64,000 bases of DNA from Takakia lepidozioides. Lineage: Eukaryota > Plantae > Bryophyta. Shown piece after piece: positions 25,680 through 38,629 of the stretch; position 1 is the stretch's first letter, and each line of letters starts with the position of its first letter. Under the pieces are notes generated by a model. That model was not told where the DNA came from and did no database searches. It saw nothing but the letters and a program-made list of their open reading frames with translations. The position numbers and the translations under genes were made by a program. The stretch covers positions 72,292,001-72,356,000 of the forward strand of contig CM060733.1 of the NCBI GenBank assembly GCA_030704615.1, given 5' to 3'.

Positions 25680-27040
25680 GTCATGGCAGCCTACGGGCTT
25701 GTAAGGGTTTATTTTTTTCCCTTCAATAATCTTCAATAAAATTCTAAGGGGCCACTGTCCCTGTTATCTTTTTTTCTTTTTTTTCTTTTTTTTAAAAATG
25801 ACAAAACCACCAAACGGAAATCAATGGTTTTCCCAATTTTCGAAACCTTAGAAATTCAACACTTTGGTTTTGTGGTGAGCACGTTTCAATTTACTAATAC
25901 TAGGGTAGCCTGTGCCGTTGGCCCAAGTCTCCAGTGTCATCTAAGTCCAAGTGCATCAATATATGAAGCAAGCCATATCTAATCTTTTTTTTTTCCCACA
26001 GAGCCTACTACCAGATTTGAACCGGAGACCTTTCCCTTGATATCTCTCCCGTCGAGGCTCCAAACATTGTCCTAGGAATGCCCAATTTGCCATTTTTGCT
26101 ATTTTTTGTGAATTTCCAGCGACCAAAAGTACTTGGAATTCCACATCTCCCTCACCGCTTGTCCAAAAATCATGAGTCCAAGCCAGTGCACCCCTCCTCA
26201 TCGGGGGCTTTCCAACGGCACCAAGCACCCGCGGTTTGGGAGATCTCGACGACGCTACAAAATAAAACAAAACAAACGTCTCGATTCATATATTGATATT
26301 ACAATAGTGCATATATATATATATAATTATATAATTATAATCAATATATGAATCGAGACGTTTGTTTTGTTTTGTTTTGTTTTGTTTTGTTTGTTTTGTA
26401 GATTTGAGATGTCCCCAACCGCGGGCCCCAGCCCTGGTGCTTGGTACGTTGAAAGCCCTTGACGAGGAGGGGTGCATGGGCTTGGTCTCATGATTTTTGG
26501 ACTTGCGGTGTGGGAGATGTGGAATTTCAAGTACTTTGGGTAGCTGGAAATTCCCGAAAAATAGCAAAGTGGGAATTCCTGGGACAATGGTTGGGAGCCT
26601 CAAGAGGAGAGATATCAAGGGAAAGGTCTCCAGTTCAAATCTGGTCATAGGCTCCGTAGAAAAAAAATGCATTTGGACTTGGACCCTTGGGCCAACGGCA
26701 GAGGCTACACTGGAGATCGCACTTGGGCCTCGACATAGAAGACACACTTGCATACATAGGAGATTGCACTTGGATGACACTTGGGCCAACGGCACAGGCT
26801 ACCCTAGTAGTTAATGAAATGTCAAAATTCTTAATATTGGATTTTTGTCTCTTGTCTAAATTTGGTGAATTAACAATATAGATCTATTAATATACTATAT
26901 GTACATATCTACGAACTCTACGATAGATTTTTATTTTATTTTATTTTTAGGAACAGGGGACAGTGGCCTGGCTGAAATTTTATTCGAATTATTAGAGGGA
27001 AAAAAATTAAAACCCTTGATGCCCGAAGGCTGCCATAAGG
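25680..27040. mobile_element. Outer inverted-repeat (MITE-like) element containing a nested foldback element
   Basis: ATGGCAGCCTACGGGC...GGCCACTGTCCCTGTT (25683-25766) is the imperfect reverse complement of AACAGGGGACAGTGGCC...GCCCGAAGGCTGCCAT (26952-27036). Confidence 0.7.
25900..26807. mobile_element. Foldback MITE with ~400-bp imperfect arms, flanked by TA
   Basis: CTAGGGTAGCCTGTGCCGTTGGCCCAAGT and ACTTGGGCCAACGGCACAGGCTACCCTAG termini, TA on both sides; the arms meet at a TA-rich centre around 26290-26350. Confidence 0.85.
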
Positions 27041-27269
27041 GCTATACTCACGGTGAGCCGTGCGGATACCCCGAAGAACAATATCTGAGGTGCACGACGG
27101 ACAACGAAAGACCAACAATGAACTGAAAGCAGAACCGAGTTCCAGAATAATAACGAGAGGACGAACTAGATGCCCAGAGCATAGAAGCCCTGACTATACC
27201 AGTCCAAGAATAGCAGGCCTAACAAGGACTATTCTGATTGAAACAAGGAGAACAGAAGAGTGAGCACAG

Positions 27270-27800
27270 TGCCCTGAAGCCATAGAAGCATTCTATCTGT
27301 AGAATAGCTTGGTCTTCGTAGAAGTCTTGACATGCTTCCATATTTGTCAAACTCTGGGGAAGCGGAAGAGGACAGTTCGGTGTTGTTACCATTGGGGTGG
27401 GATCTCCCTTGGCCATTCGCAGGATGATTCTGGCCCTACACTTTCCCCATGTGGCTTTGAAGGTGCTGAGGAGGTCCTGCTGGCGTTCAGGGGCCTTGGT
27501 GATGCCTGCACACACTTTTTCCTAATCAAGTTTAGCCGCAATGGTAAGGTCAAAGAAAATCTTTGTGATAGTAGCAGTGACAGATGAGTTTTTATTATCC
27601 AGAGACCAGGAGCATCTAGCTTTCCAGAGATGCCAGAGAGTGGCCCCTCTCAAGGCTTCAAAAATAGGACATTGAGGGCAATGGACTTGGTTGAGGAGCA
27701 ACATCACTTGATTGGAGGGAAAAGGTTCCCAGGCATTATAAAAAGACGCAATAAGGGGCCAGATTAGAAAGGGGGGCGTGCTACATTGTAAGCAGCTCAC
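27270..27800 (-). mobile_element. L1-like LINE ORF2 C-terminal remnant
   Basis: LRGATLWHLWKARC...LLSTFKATW resembles the W-x-(I/L)-W-K-x-R motif at the end of plant L1 ORF2. Confidence 0.6.
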
Positions 27801-28045
27801 TAAGCAGAAAATACGTGAGCAGAATTCTGCTCACGTTCCATTAGAATTTAGGGTTGGGCTTATTACCGCGGTCCGTCAACTCCTAGAAGCCCTATTGCCG
27901 TGGGGCTTAACCGCCGAAAATGGGAGCTTAGTATTCCTGGAGTGTGACTAAGGCTTGGCAATAAGATTGGTGAGTGGATGAATGATGGATGAATGTGATA
28001 TGATAAAAATTTGGATGAAAGTACAGTGGAATAAAGGTGATACTG
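27800..28045 (-). repeat. Dispersed repeat related to 30640-30970 and 52388-52825
   Basis: Shares CATTCATCC tracts, CCACGGCAATAGG and a GTGAGCAG/CTGCTCAC hairpin (CGTGAGCAGAATTCTGCTCACG, about 27814-27835). Confidence 0.5.
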
Positions 28046-28049
28046 TCTG

Positions 28050-28180
28050 ATGTACGATGCAATTCCTGCTTTGATGAGATGAGCATGGACTTGCTTGCCC
28101 TTCCCCAGGTATCCAAGGTTGGCACATACATTGACTCCGCTAATGAAAGTGACCATGATCGGTCGCACCCCTTTCTGTGA
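28050..28180 (-). pseudogene. Isolated PLS-class PPR motif fragment
   Basis: GVRPIMVTFISGVNVCANLGYLGKGKQVHAHLIKAGI matches the L-type PPR motif consensus. Confidence 0.7.
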
Positions 28181-29064
28181 CCTTCCTACGTTGCATCCTA
28201 TGTTCCATCTCCATTGAGTGAATTTGCTCGACCACATCACAGAGAGTCATTGCAATGGTATGTGTGAATGGCTACCTGTCTGGGTCTGGATTAAGATGGC
28301 GTTGACGCCAACTTAATCTCCACCCCTCTAAGCTCAAGAATTGAAAAACAGAAAAGAAGCAACCACTAAAGTCCTACCGTCTGTTTGTGTATCTGTCTGT
28401 CTGTCTGTGTACCTGTCTGTCTGTGTACCTATCTGTCTGGGTCTGGATTAAGATGGCGTTGATAGCCAGCTTAATCTCCACCCCTCTAAGCACAAAGAAA
28501 TTGACAAACAGAAAAACAGAAACCACTCAAGAACCTTGTCTGTCTGGGTCTGGATCAGTGTTGGACCGGTATATAGGTCCAACCCGGGTATCAATACTGA
28601 TATCAACCCGGGTAGGTAAGACCATATCCGGCTGGTAGGTAAGTTGGCCAATACCCGGGCAATACCATACTAGGGGCAATATGGACCTCACTCCATATTG
28701 CGGTATATACCATACTCGTCTGGTATTGTGATGGACGAGATTGCTATTGATACCAGTATTGCTACTATGTGAGCCTCCAAAGAGCGCAGTAGGTGTATTG
28801 TGTAGTTAGGGCAAGGGAATTCATGGGCATTTTATGGCATCTTTGTGATACTCAATGTACAATATGCAATGTGAAAAAGTATAGGTATGATATGGTATAT
28901 TTTTGCAATGTGCAATATGTGTGAGCAACGTATTTGCATTGTGCTGTAATTGTGATCCATTGTGAAGGTCAATTTTTTTTTTTTCAGGTTATTGAATATT
29001 TTCCTGAATATATTGAATATTTCATATACCAACCTGGGCAATATTCCTATTCCCCCAATATGAG

Positions 29065-29626
29065 GCCTCTCATTTTAGATTAATAGCGTTTTGAATGCAC
29101 ACACGTGAGGCCTGTGGGCCCCGCCACGTCCAAAGAGGTCACCCCACCATGGCCGGGTCCACGCCCTAAGGTCTGCCGCTACTTATCAAGGCAGACCCAA
29201 ATAGGGTCTGCTGCCTTTATCTCGGACTTAGAATATTTTAGAGATTTTATGAGTTTTCCCAACTTCAAAAAATTTGCTTAGAAGTATCTCAACATACCTT
29301 ACTATCATGCAAGATTTGAAACCACGACCACCATACTTGCAAGACTACACTTAACCACTAGTACCTACAACTTTCTCACCAACCTTCAAATTTTAATTAA
29401 CTTATTCTATATTTCGACATGGATTAGCATATGCACCTAAGGAAAGAGGCCCTCCGGCAGGTCTGTGGGTCTGCCAAGTGGGGCATGAGGGGACCCTCCA
29501 TGCTGCAGACCATCCGTACAGACCCATGGGCCGGGTGGGGTGGGGGTGACCCTCTTTTTTTTGTGGGTCCCACCATGTGTGGGCCCCGTGATGCATTCAA
29601 GACGCTATTAATCTAAAATGAGAGGC
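29065..29626. mobile_element. Mutator-type MITE nested in the hAT element
   Basis: ~35-bp TIR GCCTCTCATTTTAGATTAATAGCGTYTTGAATGCA; 9-bp TSD CAATATGAG (29056-29064, 29627-29635). Confidence 0.88.
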
Positions 29627-29789
29627 CAATATGAGATCGAAAAAACCAAATATTGATACCCTACTGATATACATCCGCAATTTTACGTTATTGATACCCC
29701 TCCTATACCCTACCCGCCCCCCTCACCCCAATACCAGGGCCATACCAGTATTGGGGAATGTGGGCCCTTGTGATACCAGGAGCCATGGA

Positions 29790-30010
29790 ATATTACAGTT
29801 GCAATTGAAGTGTCTGCTCATCCAAGATCGGCCTTATGCGCCCTCAGGGCCACTAATAACTGCCCAGTCTCCTGTCTGGGAATGGTAAACGTGTGTTCGG
29901 TAACCTTCTTGATTGTAGCAAGGGCATGAGCGCTGATACTGCCCTACCACCACAAGCTTGTATGAGCGGGTTGCGTCGTCAAAGAACAGTGCATGGGTCT
30001 CACCCAGCAT
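29790..30010 (-). pseudogene. F-box-associated/kelch-type beta-propeller gene fragment inside the hAT element
   Basis: ALFFDDATRSYKLVVVG...RTHVYHSQTGDWAV resembles the YKvv...teVYsS.tg.W signature of plant F-box proteins. Confidence 0.6.
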
Positions 30011-30639
30011 TGTGGGCCCGTTTGCTAGTATCACATTTTTGTGATACCAATCCAACACTGGTCTGGATTAAGATGGCGTTGACGCCAGCTTAATCTCCAC
30101 CCCTCTAAGTAGAACGATATTGAAAAACAGACCCCAACAAATAAATAAATAAATAAATCCCGAATGTGCCAGATTAAGGTGTCGTCAACGACACCTTCAT
30201 CTGGACACCTTAATCTGGCTAGTCTTCTGGGCTGGAATTAAGCTTCTGCCAAATTAAAATACACTTATTTAAACTCAACAACACATACAAATTCCGTTGA
30301 GCTTCTTTATGACACTTGAATTTTTTCCACCTATTCTTCTAAATTTAAGCCTCCTTTCGCTTCGCTTCTCCATTGTCGCTGGTTGGGGTTTATTCTGTAA
30401 GGTACACTTTCACGAATTTGGGTTACCGTTCTGGGTTTGTGGTTTCCGTTTATTCTTTGGGGTTTGGGGTTTGGGGTTTATTAGTGCGGGCTTGGGTTTT
30501 AGGCTTATGGTTTTCCTTAGGGTTTTGGAGTTTGGGTTGCGGGATCAGTGTTTGTGGTTAGGGTTTCCTGTGTTTCCTTGGGTTTAGAATTTGCCATGTT
30601 TGTCGTGTTTGCCGTACAATCACTCTTATTTCAGTCCAT

Positions 30640-30970
30640 CCATGCTCCATTAATCAGTGCGGATTTTCATTCCACATTCATCCATCATTCATCCATCATT
30701 CATCCCTTCACTTCTTTCATTCATCCATGCTTCTTTCATTCGGCAGTTTTTCATCACATATTCATCCCACATTGCATGCATGGAGCACGACATCTTTGGT
30801 CCCCGGCCACCTACGTGAATTTCCATTCAGAAGTGTTTGCGTCCACGGCAATAGGCCCTGTATTACCTCGGTTGTAGGCTCCGCTTTTCTAATCTGCTCA
30901 CGCTTACAATGTGCTCACGCTTAAGGGATTCTGCTCACGACTAGTGTGCTCACGTGAGCTGCTCACATGA
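30640..30970 (+). repeat. Dispersed repeat with terminal TGCTCACG reiterations
   Basis: Aligns by eye with 52480-52825 (ATGGAGC.CG.C.TCTT..GTCCC..., AATAGGCCCTG, TGTGCTCACGCTTAAGGGA.TCTGCT). Confidence 0.7.
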
Positions 30971-31309
30971 TAGCTACCATCTTAGAAAGGGGAGCCTAAC
31001 AATGTATGAGGCAATGTTCGAGGGTTTTGATTGTTCCTGATTGGCAGCAAGAACAAAGCAGGGCTTCTTGAAAGTTCAGAAATTGTCCCACTTTGAGAAC
31101 TCTATTTCCTAGTTATCATTCCTGACATGACGTCGCACTGAGAAGTCACGTGACGTCTGGACGTGCGTCACGTCACGTCCAATCCGGACGTTTATCCATG
31201 TGTTTTTTTTACATTTAACTTTCATGATCTACTTCTACCATTTCTAATGACATGGCATGCACGGTGTAAAACATATGTGGAAACGTTTAATTTTTTTAAA
31301 TATTTAATT

Positions 31310-32090
31310 AATGCGCGACCGCCAATATTGACGGTCGCTACAATTTTTTTTTTAAATTTTAGAAAAAAGATGCGTCTGTCCACTAAGCGGCCGCCGTTTG
31401 TTTTTCTTTTTAAAAAAAAAGAAGCGACCGCAAATTGGTGGTCGCTCGTTTTTTTCTTATTTTCAAAAATTAAGCGACCGCCAATATGGCGGTCGCTCCA
31501 TATTAAGAAAACCATTCCAAAAATTGAAAAAAAGAAAAAAAAGAAAAAACCGACAGCCGAACTGGCGGTCGCTGATTTTTACAAACTGGCGGACGCATGT
31601 TTTTATAATTTAAAAAAATTAAGCGACTGCCAAACTGGCGGTCACTGATTTTTTTAATTAGAAACACGATCGCTTGAAATTGAAATATAAAATAAAATAA
31701 AGCGACCACCAAATTGGCAGTCACTGCTTTTTCTCTTAAAACAATTAAGCCACCGGAAAACTGGTGGTCGCTTCATTTTTTAAATTGGCGGTCGTTACTT
31801 TTTTTATTTTAAGAAATTAAGCGACCCCAAATTGGCGGTGGCTTCTTTGTTTTATTTTAAAGAATTAAGCGACCGCCACAATTGGCGGTCGCTTCATATT
31901 TGCTTAAGAAAATAATGCGACCACCAAATTGGCAGTCGTTGTGTCTTTTTAAGAAGAAAAATTAAGCGACCGTAAAATTGGCGGTTGGTTTTTAAAAATA
32001 AAATAAAATATGAAGCGACCGCCAATTGTGGCGGTCGCTGTGTTTTTTAATTTTCAAAAATTAAGCGACCGCGACTAATGGCGGTTGCTG
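31310..32090. repeat. Array of AAGCGACCGCC-AAATT-GGCGGTCGCTT palindromes with A/T-tract spacers
   Basis: About 13-15 full or half copies, e.g. about 31472, 31819, 31867, 32013; spacing about 48-50 bp in the right half. Confidence 0.9.
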
Positions 32091-32744
32091 CTTATTCTTA
32101 TTCTTGCCGATGATTAAATCAGGGGCAAGGGGCAGGGGCAAGGGCAGGGGCAGGGGCCGCACCTGTCGGAAGGGGCCTCGCCACGTGGCGCGGCGTCACT
32201 CTCCCAAACAATAGGTTGACACGGAAAGGGGGGGGGGTGACAGCGGGTTTGAACCCCCGACCTCTCGACACGTGGGAAAACAACGATGTCTCTCTAAACA
32301 ATGGATTCAAAGCCTGAGCGTTTTGCACCCAGCTCTGTTGGAGCACTCAGAGCATCCCCACCGAGGCCCGCTATTAGCCACGAAAACGGCAAAATATGGT
32401 GTCAATGAGAAAAACCACAAAAAAATGGAGCCCCGCTGGGACACGCTAAAACCCTCGCTTAGGTTGAGGACACAACAAATTTCATGAGGGCCTGAATCTT
32501 GACGTGTCCTTCCAGGCCCGCTATCTCCCACGCAACACAAAAGTCAAACACACATGGAGTCAAGCGAACATGAGCGAGCATCCCACATGTGAGAGCTTGG
32601 CGAGCGGGAGGGGGCGCTAGCGTGCCACCGGTGGGGAGCATTCCGCCTGCAGCCCCGCCATCTTCTGGCGGCCTCTGAACATGCCTTGATAAATGGCAAT
32701 TGATGTACCCATATAGCGTGCCACTGGTGGGGAAGCTAGTCCAT

Positions 32745-35700
32745 TAGGTCCCAAAGTAATATGAGATCAAACGAAAGTCATTCGATTGGCCAACGGATGG
32801 TTGCCCATCCAAATGATTTTTGTTTGCTTTGAAACTTTGGCAATATGTTCAGTATATTGTCTCACATATCCCAAATTGATACTAGGTCAATCGAAATTCA
32901 TTCAATGGGCCAAGGACATGTTCACCTGTCATCCAATTTTGTTCATTGGAAAAAAAAAAAAAAAAAAAAAAACATTTCTCTCCTTAATGACGTTTTCACC
33001 ATTCAACCAATTTTGAAGTAAATCGAATATAAATGAATTTTAAATAAATAATTAGACTTGGAATGTCTATGATTGCGGGTTTCTGCTACGTAATGATTTT
33101 ATTTTTTACTCAATTTTGTTTTTTGAATTCAACCCTCGCACCACTATATCCCTGCAAAAATTTGGGCCAAACAAAATTTTAAAATAATAATAATAAAAAA
33201 CAAAAAAAATCGCTCACTATTGTAGAACTCTCTATGAGGAGTGCATGAAGTTGAAGACAAATGGACTTTGGACTACAAATGAGGGAAGAAATTGTGGTTT
33301 TGGGTCCAAATGACTTCCGTTGCCCATCCAAATGATTTTTGTTTGTTTTTGAAACTTTAACAATATGTTAAGTATACCGTCTCACAAGTCTCGGACTGAT
33401 ACGAGGTCAATCAAAATTCATTCAATGGGCCAGCGTATTGCTTTCAAACTTTGGCAGTGTACTGCATATACCATCCGAAAGGTCCCGGACAAATATGAAA
33501 TCAAACGAGATTCATTCAATGGACGATCAAACAATTGACCATCCAAATGACTTTTGTTTGCTTTCAAACTTTGCCATTGTACTGCACATACCATCCGAAA
33601 GGTCCCGGACAAATATGAGATCAAACCAGATTCATTCAATGGGCGATCGAACAATTGACCATCCAAATGATTTTTGTTTGATTTCAAACTTTGTCAGTGT
33701 ATTGCACATACCATCCAAAAGGTCCTGGACAAATATGAGATCAAACGAAATTCATTCAATGGGCGGTCGAAAAATTGACCATCCAAATGACTATTGTTTG
33801 CATTGAAATTTTGTCAATATACTCAGTATACCATGTAACAGGTCATGGACTAACATGAGATCAAACGAAATTCATTCAATGGGCGATCGAATGGTTGACC
33901 ATCCAAATGATTTTTTATTGCTTTGAAACTTTGCCAGTATGTTCAACATATCATGTCATAGGTGTCGGGCAAATATTAGATCAATCGAAAATCATTCAAA
34001 TCATTCAAATCATTTATCTTTTGCACCCCTAAGGATGCGTTCACCCTGTCATCCAATTTTGCTCTTTGTGAAAAAAAAAAAAAAACTCCTCTCATGGGTG
34101 AACAACTATTGCACCCATGGAACGGATGTGACTGAAGCTCAACTTTAGCCCGCATGTGCTTGAATATATGTGCAACACATGTGCAGAGATTCAACAAAAA
34201 AAAAAAAAAATGTCTCCCCAACGACGCACTCACCCTTAAACCAATTTTGAATTAAATCGATTTTAAATGAATTTAAAGTAAATAATTAGACTTAAAATGT
34301 CTATGATTGTGGGTTTCTGCTACGTAATGATTTTGTTTCTCGCTCATTCTACCCTCACACCTGTGCATCATTGCAAAAATTTGGACCAAATAAAAATGGA
34401 AAAAATAAAATAAAAAATCTTCTCTTTGCTCATTATTGCAGAACTCTCTATGAAGAGTGCATGATATGAAGAGTGCATGAAGTTGAAGACAAATCAACTT
34501 TGAAATGCAAATGAGGCGTGAAAATCGTGGTTTTGGGTCCTGACTTTTGTTCGCTCCCAAATTTTGCACGTACATTGCATATGCTATCGTTAAGCATATG
34601 GTTCAAGAATGGAGCAAAACAAAAATTCATGAGCAGACGAAAGACAGTCGAACAGGTCTCAGAGTAATATGCTATGAAAAGAAATTCGTTCGATGGGCCA
34701 ACGGATGGATGCCCATCCAAAGGATTTTTGTTTGCTTTGAAACTTTGCCAGCATGTCCAGTCCACCGTCTCACAGGTCCTGGACGAATACGACATCAATC
34801 CAAATTCATTCAATGGCCCAACGGACGGTTGCCCATCCAGATGATTGTTGTTTGCTTTCATACTTTGCCAGTATATTCAGTATACTATGTAATGGGTCCG
34901 AGAGTAATGTAAGATCAAACGAAATTCGTTTGATGGGCCAACGGATGGATGCCCATCCAAATGATTTTTGTTTGCTTTGAAACTTTGGGAGTATGTTCAT
35001 TATACCGTCTCACAAGTCCCAGAGTAATATGAGATGAAACGAAATTCATTCAATGGGCCAAGGACGCGTTCACCTCTCATCCAATTTTGTTCATTAGGAA
35101 AAAAAAATCATCTTATGGGTGAACGACTATTGCACCCACGGAACGGATGTGGTTCAACCTCAAATTTAGCCCGCATGTGCTTGAATATGTGTGTAATACA
35201 TGTACAGAGATTCAACCAAAAGAAAAAAACATTTGCCTCCCCAACAACGCACTCACCCTTAAACCAATTTTGAATTAAATTGATTTTAAATGAATTTTAA
35301 GTAAATAATTAGACTTAGAATGTCTATGATTGCGGGTTTCTGTTACGTAATGATTTTGTTTCTGGCTCAATTTTGTTCTGTGTATTCAACCCTCACACCT
35401 GTACATCTTTGCAAAAAATGGGGAAAAATAAAAATGGGGAAAAATAAATAAAATAAAATAAAAAATATTCTCTTTACTCACTATTGTAGAACTCTATGAA
35501 GAGTGCATGAAGTTGAAGACAAATCAACTTTGAAATGCAAACGAGGCGTGAAATCGTGGTTTTGGGTCCAAATGACTTTTGTTTGCTCCCAAATATTGCA
35601 CGCACATTGCATATACTGTCGTTAAGCATGTGGTTCAAGAATGGAGGAAAACAAAATTCATGAGCAGTCGAAACACAGTCGAATAGGTCCCAGAGTAATA

Positions 35701-36708
35701 CGCGATGAAAAGAAATTCGTTCGATCAACGGATGGATGCCCATCCAAAAGATTTTTGTTTGCTTTGAAACTTTGCCAGCATGTCTGGTCCACCGTCTCAC
35801 AGGTCCCGGATGAATATGACATCAATCCAAATTCATTCAATGGCCCAACGGACGATTGCTCATCCAGATGATTGTTGTTTGCTTACATACTTTGCCAGTA
35901 TGTTCAATATACCATGTAACGGGTCCCAAAGTAATTTGAGATCAAACGAAATTCGTTCGATGGGCTGACGGATGGATGCCCATCCAAATGATATTTGTTT
36001 GCTTTGAAACTTTGGGAGTATGTTCATTATACCGTCTCACAAGTCCCAGAGTAATATGAGATGAAACGAAATTCATTCAATGGGTCAAGGATGCGTTCAC
36101 CTCTCATCCAATTTTGTTCATTAGGAAAAAAGAATCATCTTATGGATGAACGGCTATTGCACCCATGGAACGGATGTGGTTCAACCTCAAATTTAGCCCG
36201 CATGTGCTTGAATATGTGTGTAACACATTTGTAGATATTCAACCAAAAACAAAAAAAACATTTGCCTCCCCAACGACGCACTCACCCTTAAACCAATCTA
36301 GAATTAAATCAATATTAAATTTATTTTAAGTAAATAATATTGTCTATGATTGCGGGTTTCTGCTACGTAATAATTTTATTTCTAGCTCAATTTTGTTCTG
36401 TGTATTCAACCTTCACACCTGTGCATCCTTGCAAAAAATTGGACCAAACAAAAATGAATAAGGTCTTCTCTTCGCTCACTATTGCAGTACTCTCTATGAA
36501 GAGTGAATGAATTTGAAGACAAATCAACTTTAGAGTGCAAATGAGGTACGAAAATCGTGGTTTTGGGTCCAAATGACTTCTGTTTGCTCCCAAATTTTGC
36601 AAGCACATTGCATATGCCGTCCTTAAGCATGTGGTTCAAGAATGGAGCAAAAACAAAATCATGAATAGGTGAAACGCAGTCCAACATGTACTAGAGTAAT
36701 ACAAGATT
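32745..36708. repeat. Complex satellite: 120-bp units within a ~1.0-1.1-kb higher-order repeat (about 4 copies)
   Basis: GAGATCAAACGAAATTCATTCAATGGGC... at 33617, 33737, 33857; higher-order anchor TTCACC..TCATCCAATTTTG at about 32921, 34040, 35069, 36097. Confidence 0.9.
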
Positions 36709-38615
36709 TGTCATGGTTTTAGTCATGGTTAACTAGAATTACCTACTTCTAGTTAATTAGGACATTTTGGGTATTTATATTTATATTTTGTGTGTTGGAA
36801 CTTCATTTGGTCTCATATTCCAAGTAAGGTGTCAAGCCTCACTTGGGACATGGGGATAGGTTTTCCCCTTGTGAGTGTTGAGGAGGGCTCATCTTCTTGT
36901 AATTGAGCCCCCATGAGCCTCTCTCACCTCCATAGCTTTAGGTATTGAGAGGGAGTGTATTGAGGGCTTTGTAGGGTGGATTTCTTTAGCAAAGGTGCCT
37001 TTGGCTTGACTTAGTTTATGTGATAGAGTGGATTTCACTTGGAAGGACTAGGGCTTGTTCTTAGTGTGATTGCTTCATGATTTGAGAGCTTTCATTGTCT
37101 TCCATTTTTCTCATTTCTCATCTCTTATCACTACAAGAAGATCTCCTTATGCTTGTGAGTGCGGAGTGTAAGGATTAGTTTTGCACTTGGATGTCAAGGA
37201 AGTTGAGAGCTAAGAGAATTTAGCTCTTATATCACAAGGTTTGCAAGGGGTTGCAAGGAAAGGTGCTCGGGTGTTGCATGCACCAAGGAGTTGGAGAGCT
37301 TGAGTTCATAAAGCTCTTGAGTCACAAGATTTTGCAAGGATTGCAAAGAGAAAGTCTTGTGTGTGTGGAAGCAAATATTCTAGGTTTTCAGAATCCTTTA
37401 TATGCATTGTGGAGTCAATGGTCTGTGCCATGATTTGTGGAGAGCAACTAAAGGATTGTTATGCTCATTTCACTATCAATCTAGGGTTAAGCAAGTTCAA
37501 AGTGTAGATATTGTGGAAGAGAAGCCAAGGAGCTACATAGGCTTGGGCTTGAAGACAACAAGGGCAAGCACTTGGAGAGCACTAAGAAGCTCAAGAGGTT
37601 TTGAAAGGGAGTATGTGAAGAAATCTTCCAATCATGGTGGTGTGGAGCCAAGCCTAGGGCGCCATTGGAAGGGCTTGGAGAACATATGGTGGGAAATCCT
37701 TGAAGGGAGATCATCATTCAATGTATGCATAGCTTCACCCTAACTATGTAATGTGAAAAGAGGGGGAGGCAATACTTGGCTATTCATGCTTTGGGTAGTG
37801 TGAACTTTGTGGTGGATAGTTGACCAAGTAAGTGGTGCATGTGTGGAGCATGCTCTCTTGAGTTTGTACGTTCAAGTTTGAGAAGGGAGCTCTTGAACTA
37901 GCAAGAGGTGAAGGCCTTGAGATCCATTTGTGTATGAAGTGGAGAGGTGTTGATTCATGTTATAAGGAAGGAGAGCAACACATAGGTCAAAGAGGTCATG
38001 GAATATGCATTCAAATGACCAAGGGGAGCACATGGATGATGGATTAGTGCAAGACCCCAAATGAAGCATATGGCGTGAGAGTGGGATCCAAGGCGGATTG
38101 CTTAGGGAGCATTATTGTAAATGACAAGCATTGCTCCTACACATTGAGAAAAAAAAAGGTGGAAGCATTGCCGAAGCAAGCGTAACTTATGGTGTCACTT
38201 GACCCAGTAGGGCTACTGTCTTCCGGTAGGAAGGTGGACACCTTTGTAACAACCAACAGGGTGGTTTGAACCCACAACCATTCGTAAGAGGGTATATGCC
38301 CTTACCACTTGGCTACATGTTGGTTGTTTACACATTGGGATAATTTGTGTTGATTTGGAGCAATTGTCAAGTGATGAGGAGACAAATGCATGATTGCTCG
38401 GCAATGGAGACATGGTAGTTTGCAATCAAATCCCAAGGACTAGAATGGGGATTGATTTGGTGGCCAATGACTTGTAAGTTGAGTTGGACCACTCTTGGTT
38501 GCACATTGAGGTGGAAGAGAGCAAGAAGATGTCTCTTATCACCACCTAGAGACCATATTTTGCTTGAGTAGAAACATGAAATCAAGGACAACTTGCATTT
38601 TAGCTCTGCATTACA
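36709..38615. mobile_element. Possible degenerate LTR / LTR-retrotransposon non-coding segment
   Basis: Abrupt compositional block starting TGTCATG and ending CATTACA (TG...CA with short inverted ends), CpG-poor. No TSD or coding motifs found. Confidence 0.35.
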
Positions 38616-38629
38616 AACCCTAGTACTAT

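Larger units (their letters stand above)
28556..30060. mobile_element. Non-autonomous hAT-type element with captured gene fragment
   Basis: TIR CAGTGTTGGA / TCCAACACTG; perfect 8-bp TSD GTCTGGAT (28548-28555, 30061-30068). Confidence 0.9.
28278..30130 (+). repeat. Three local copies of a short hairpin-containing repeat (28278, 28435, and 28542/30069 split by the hAT insertion)
   Basis: GTCTGGGTCTGGATTAAGATGGCGTTGACGCCAGCTTAATCTCCACCCCTCTAAG is repeated. Confidence 0.8.

Noticed and set aside
30420-30590. Telomere-like GGGTTT tracts
   Set aside because: Too degenerate, with no run of perfect TTTAGGG units; likely low-complexity TE or promoter-type sequence.
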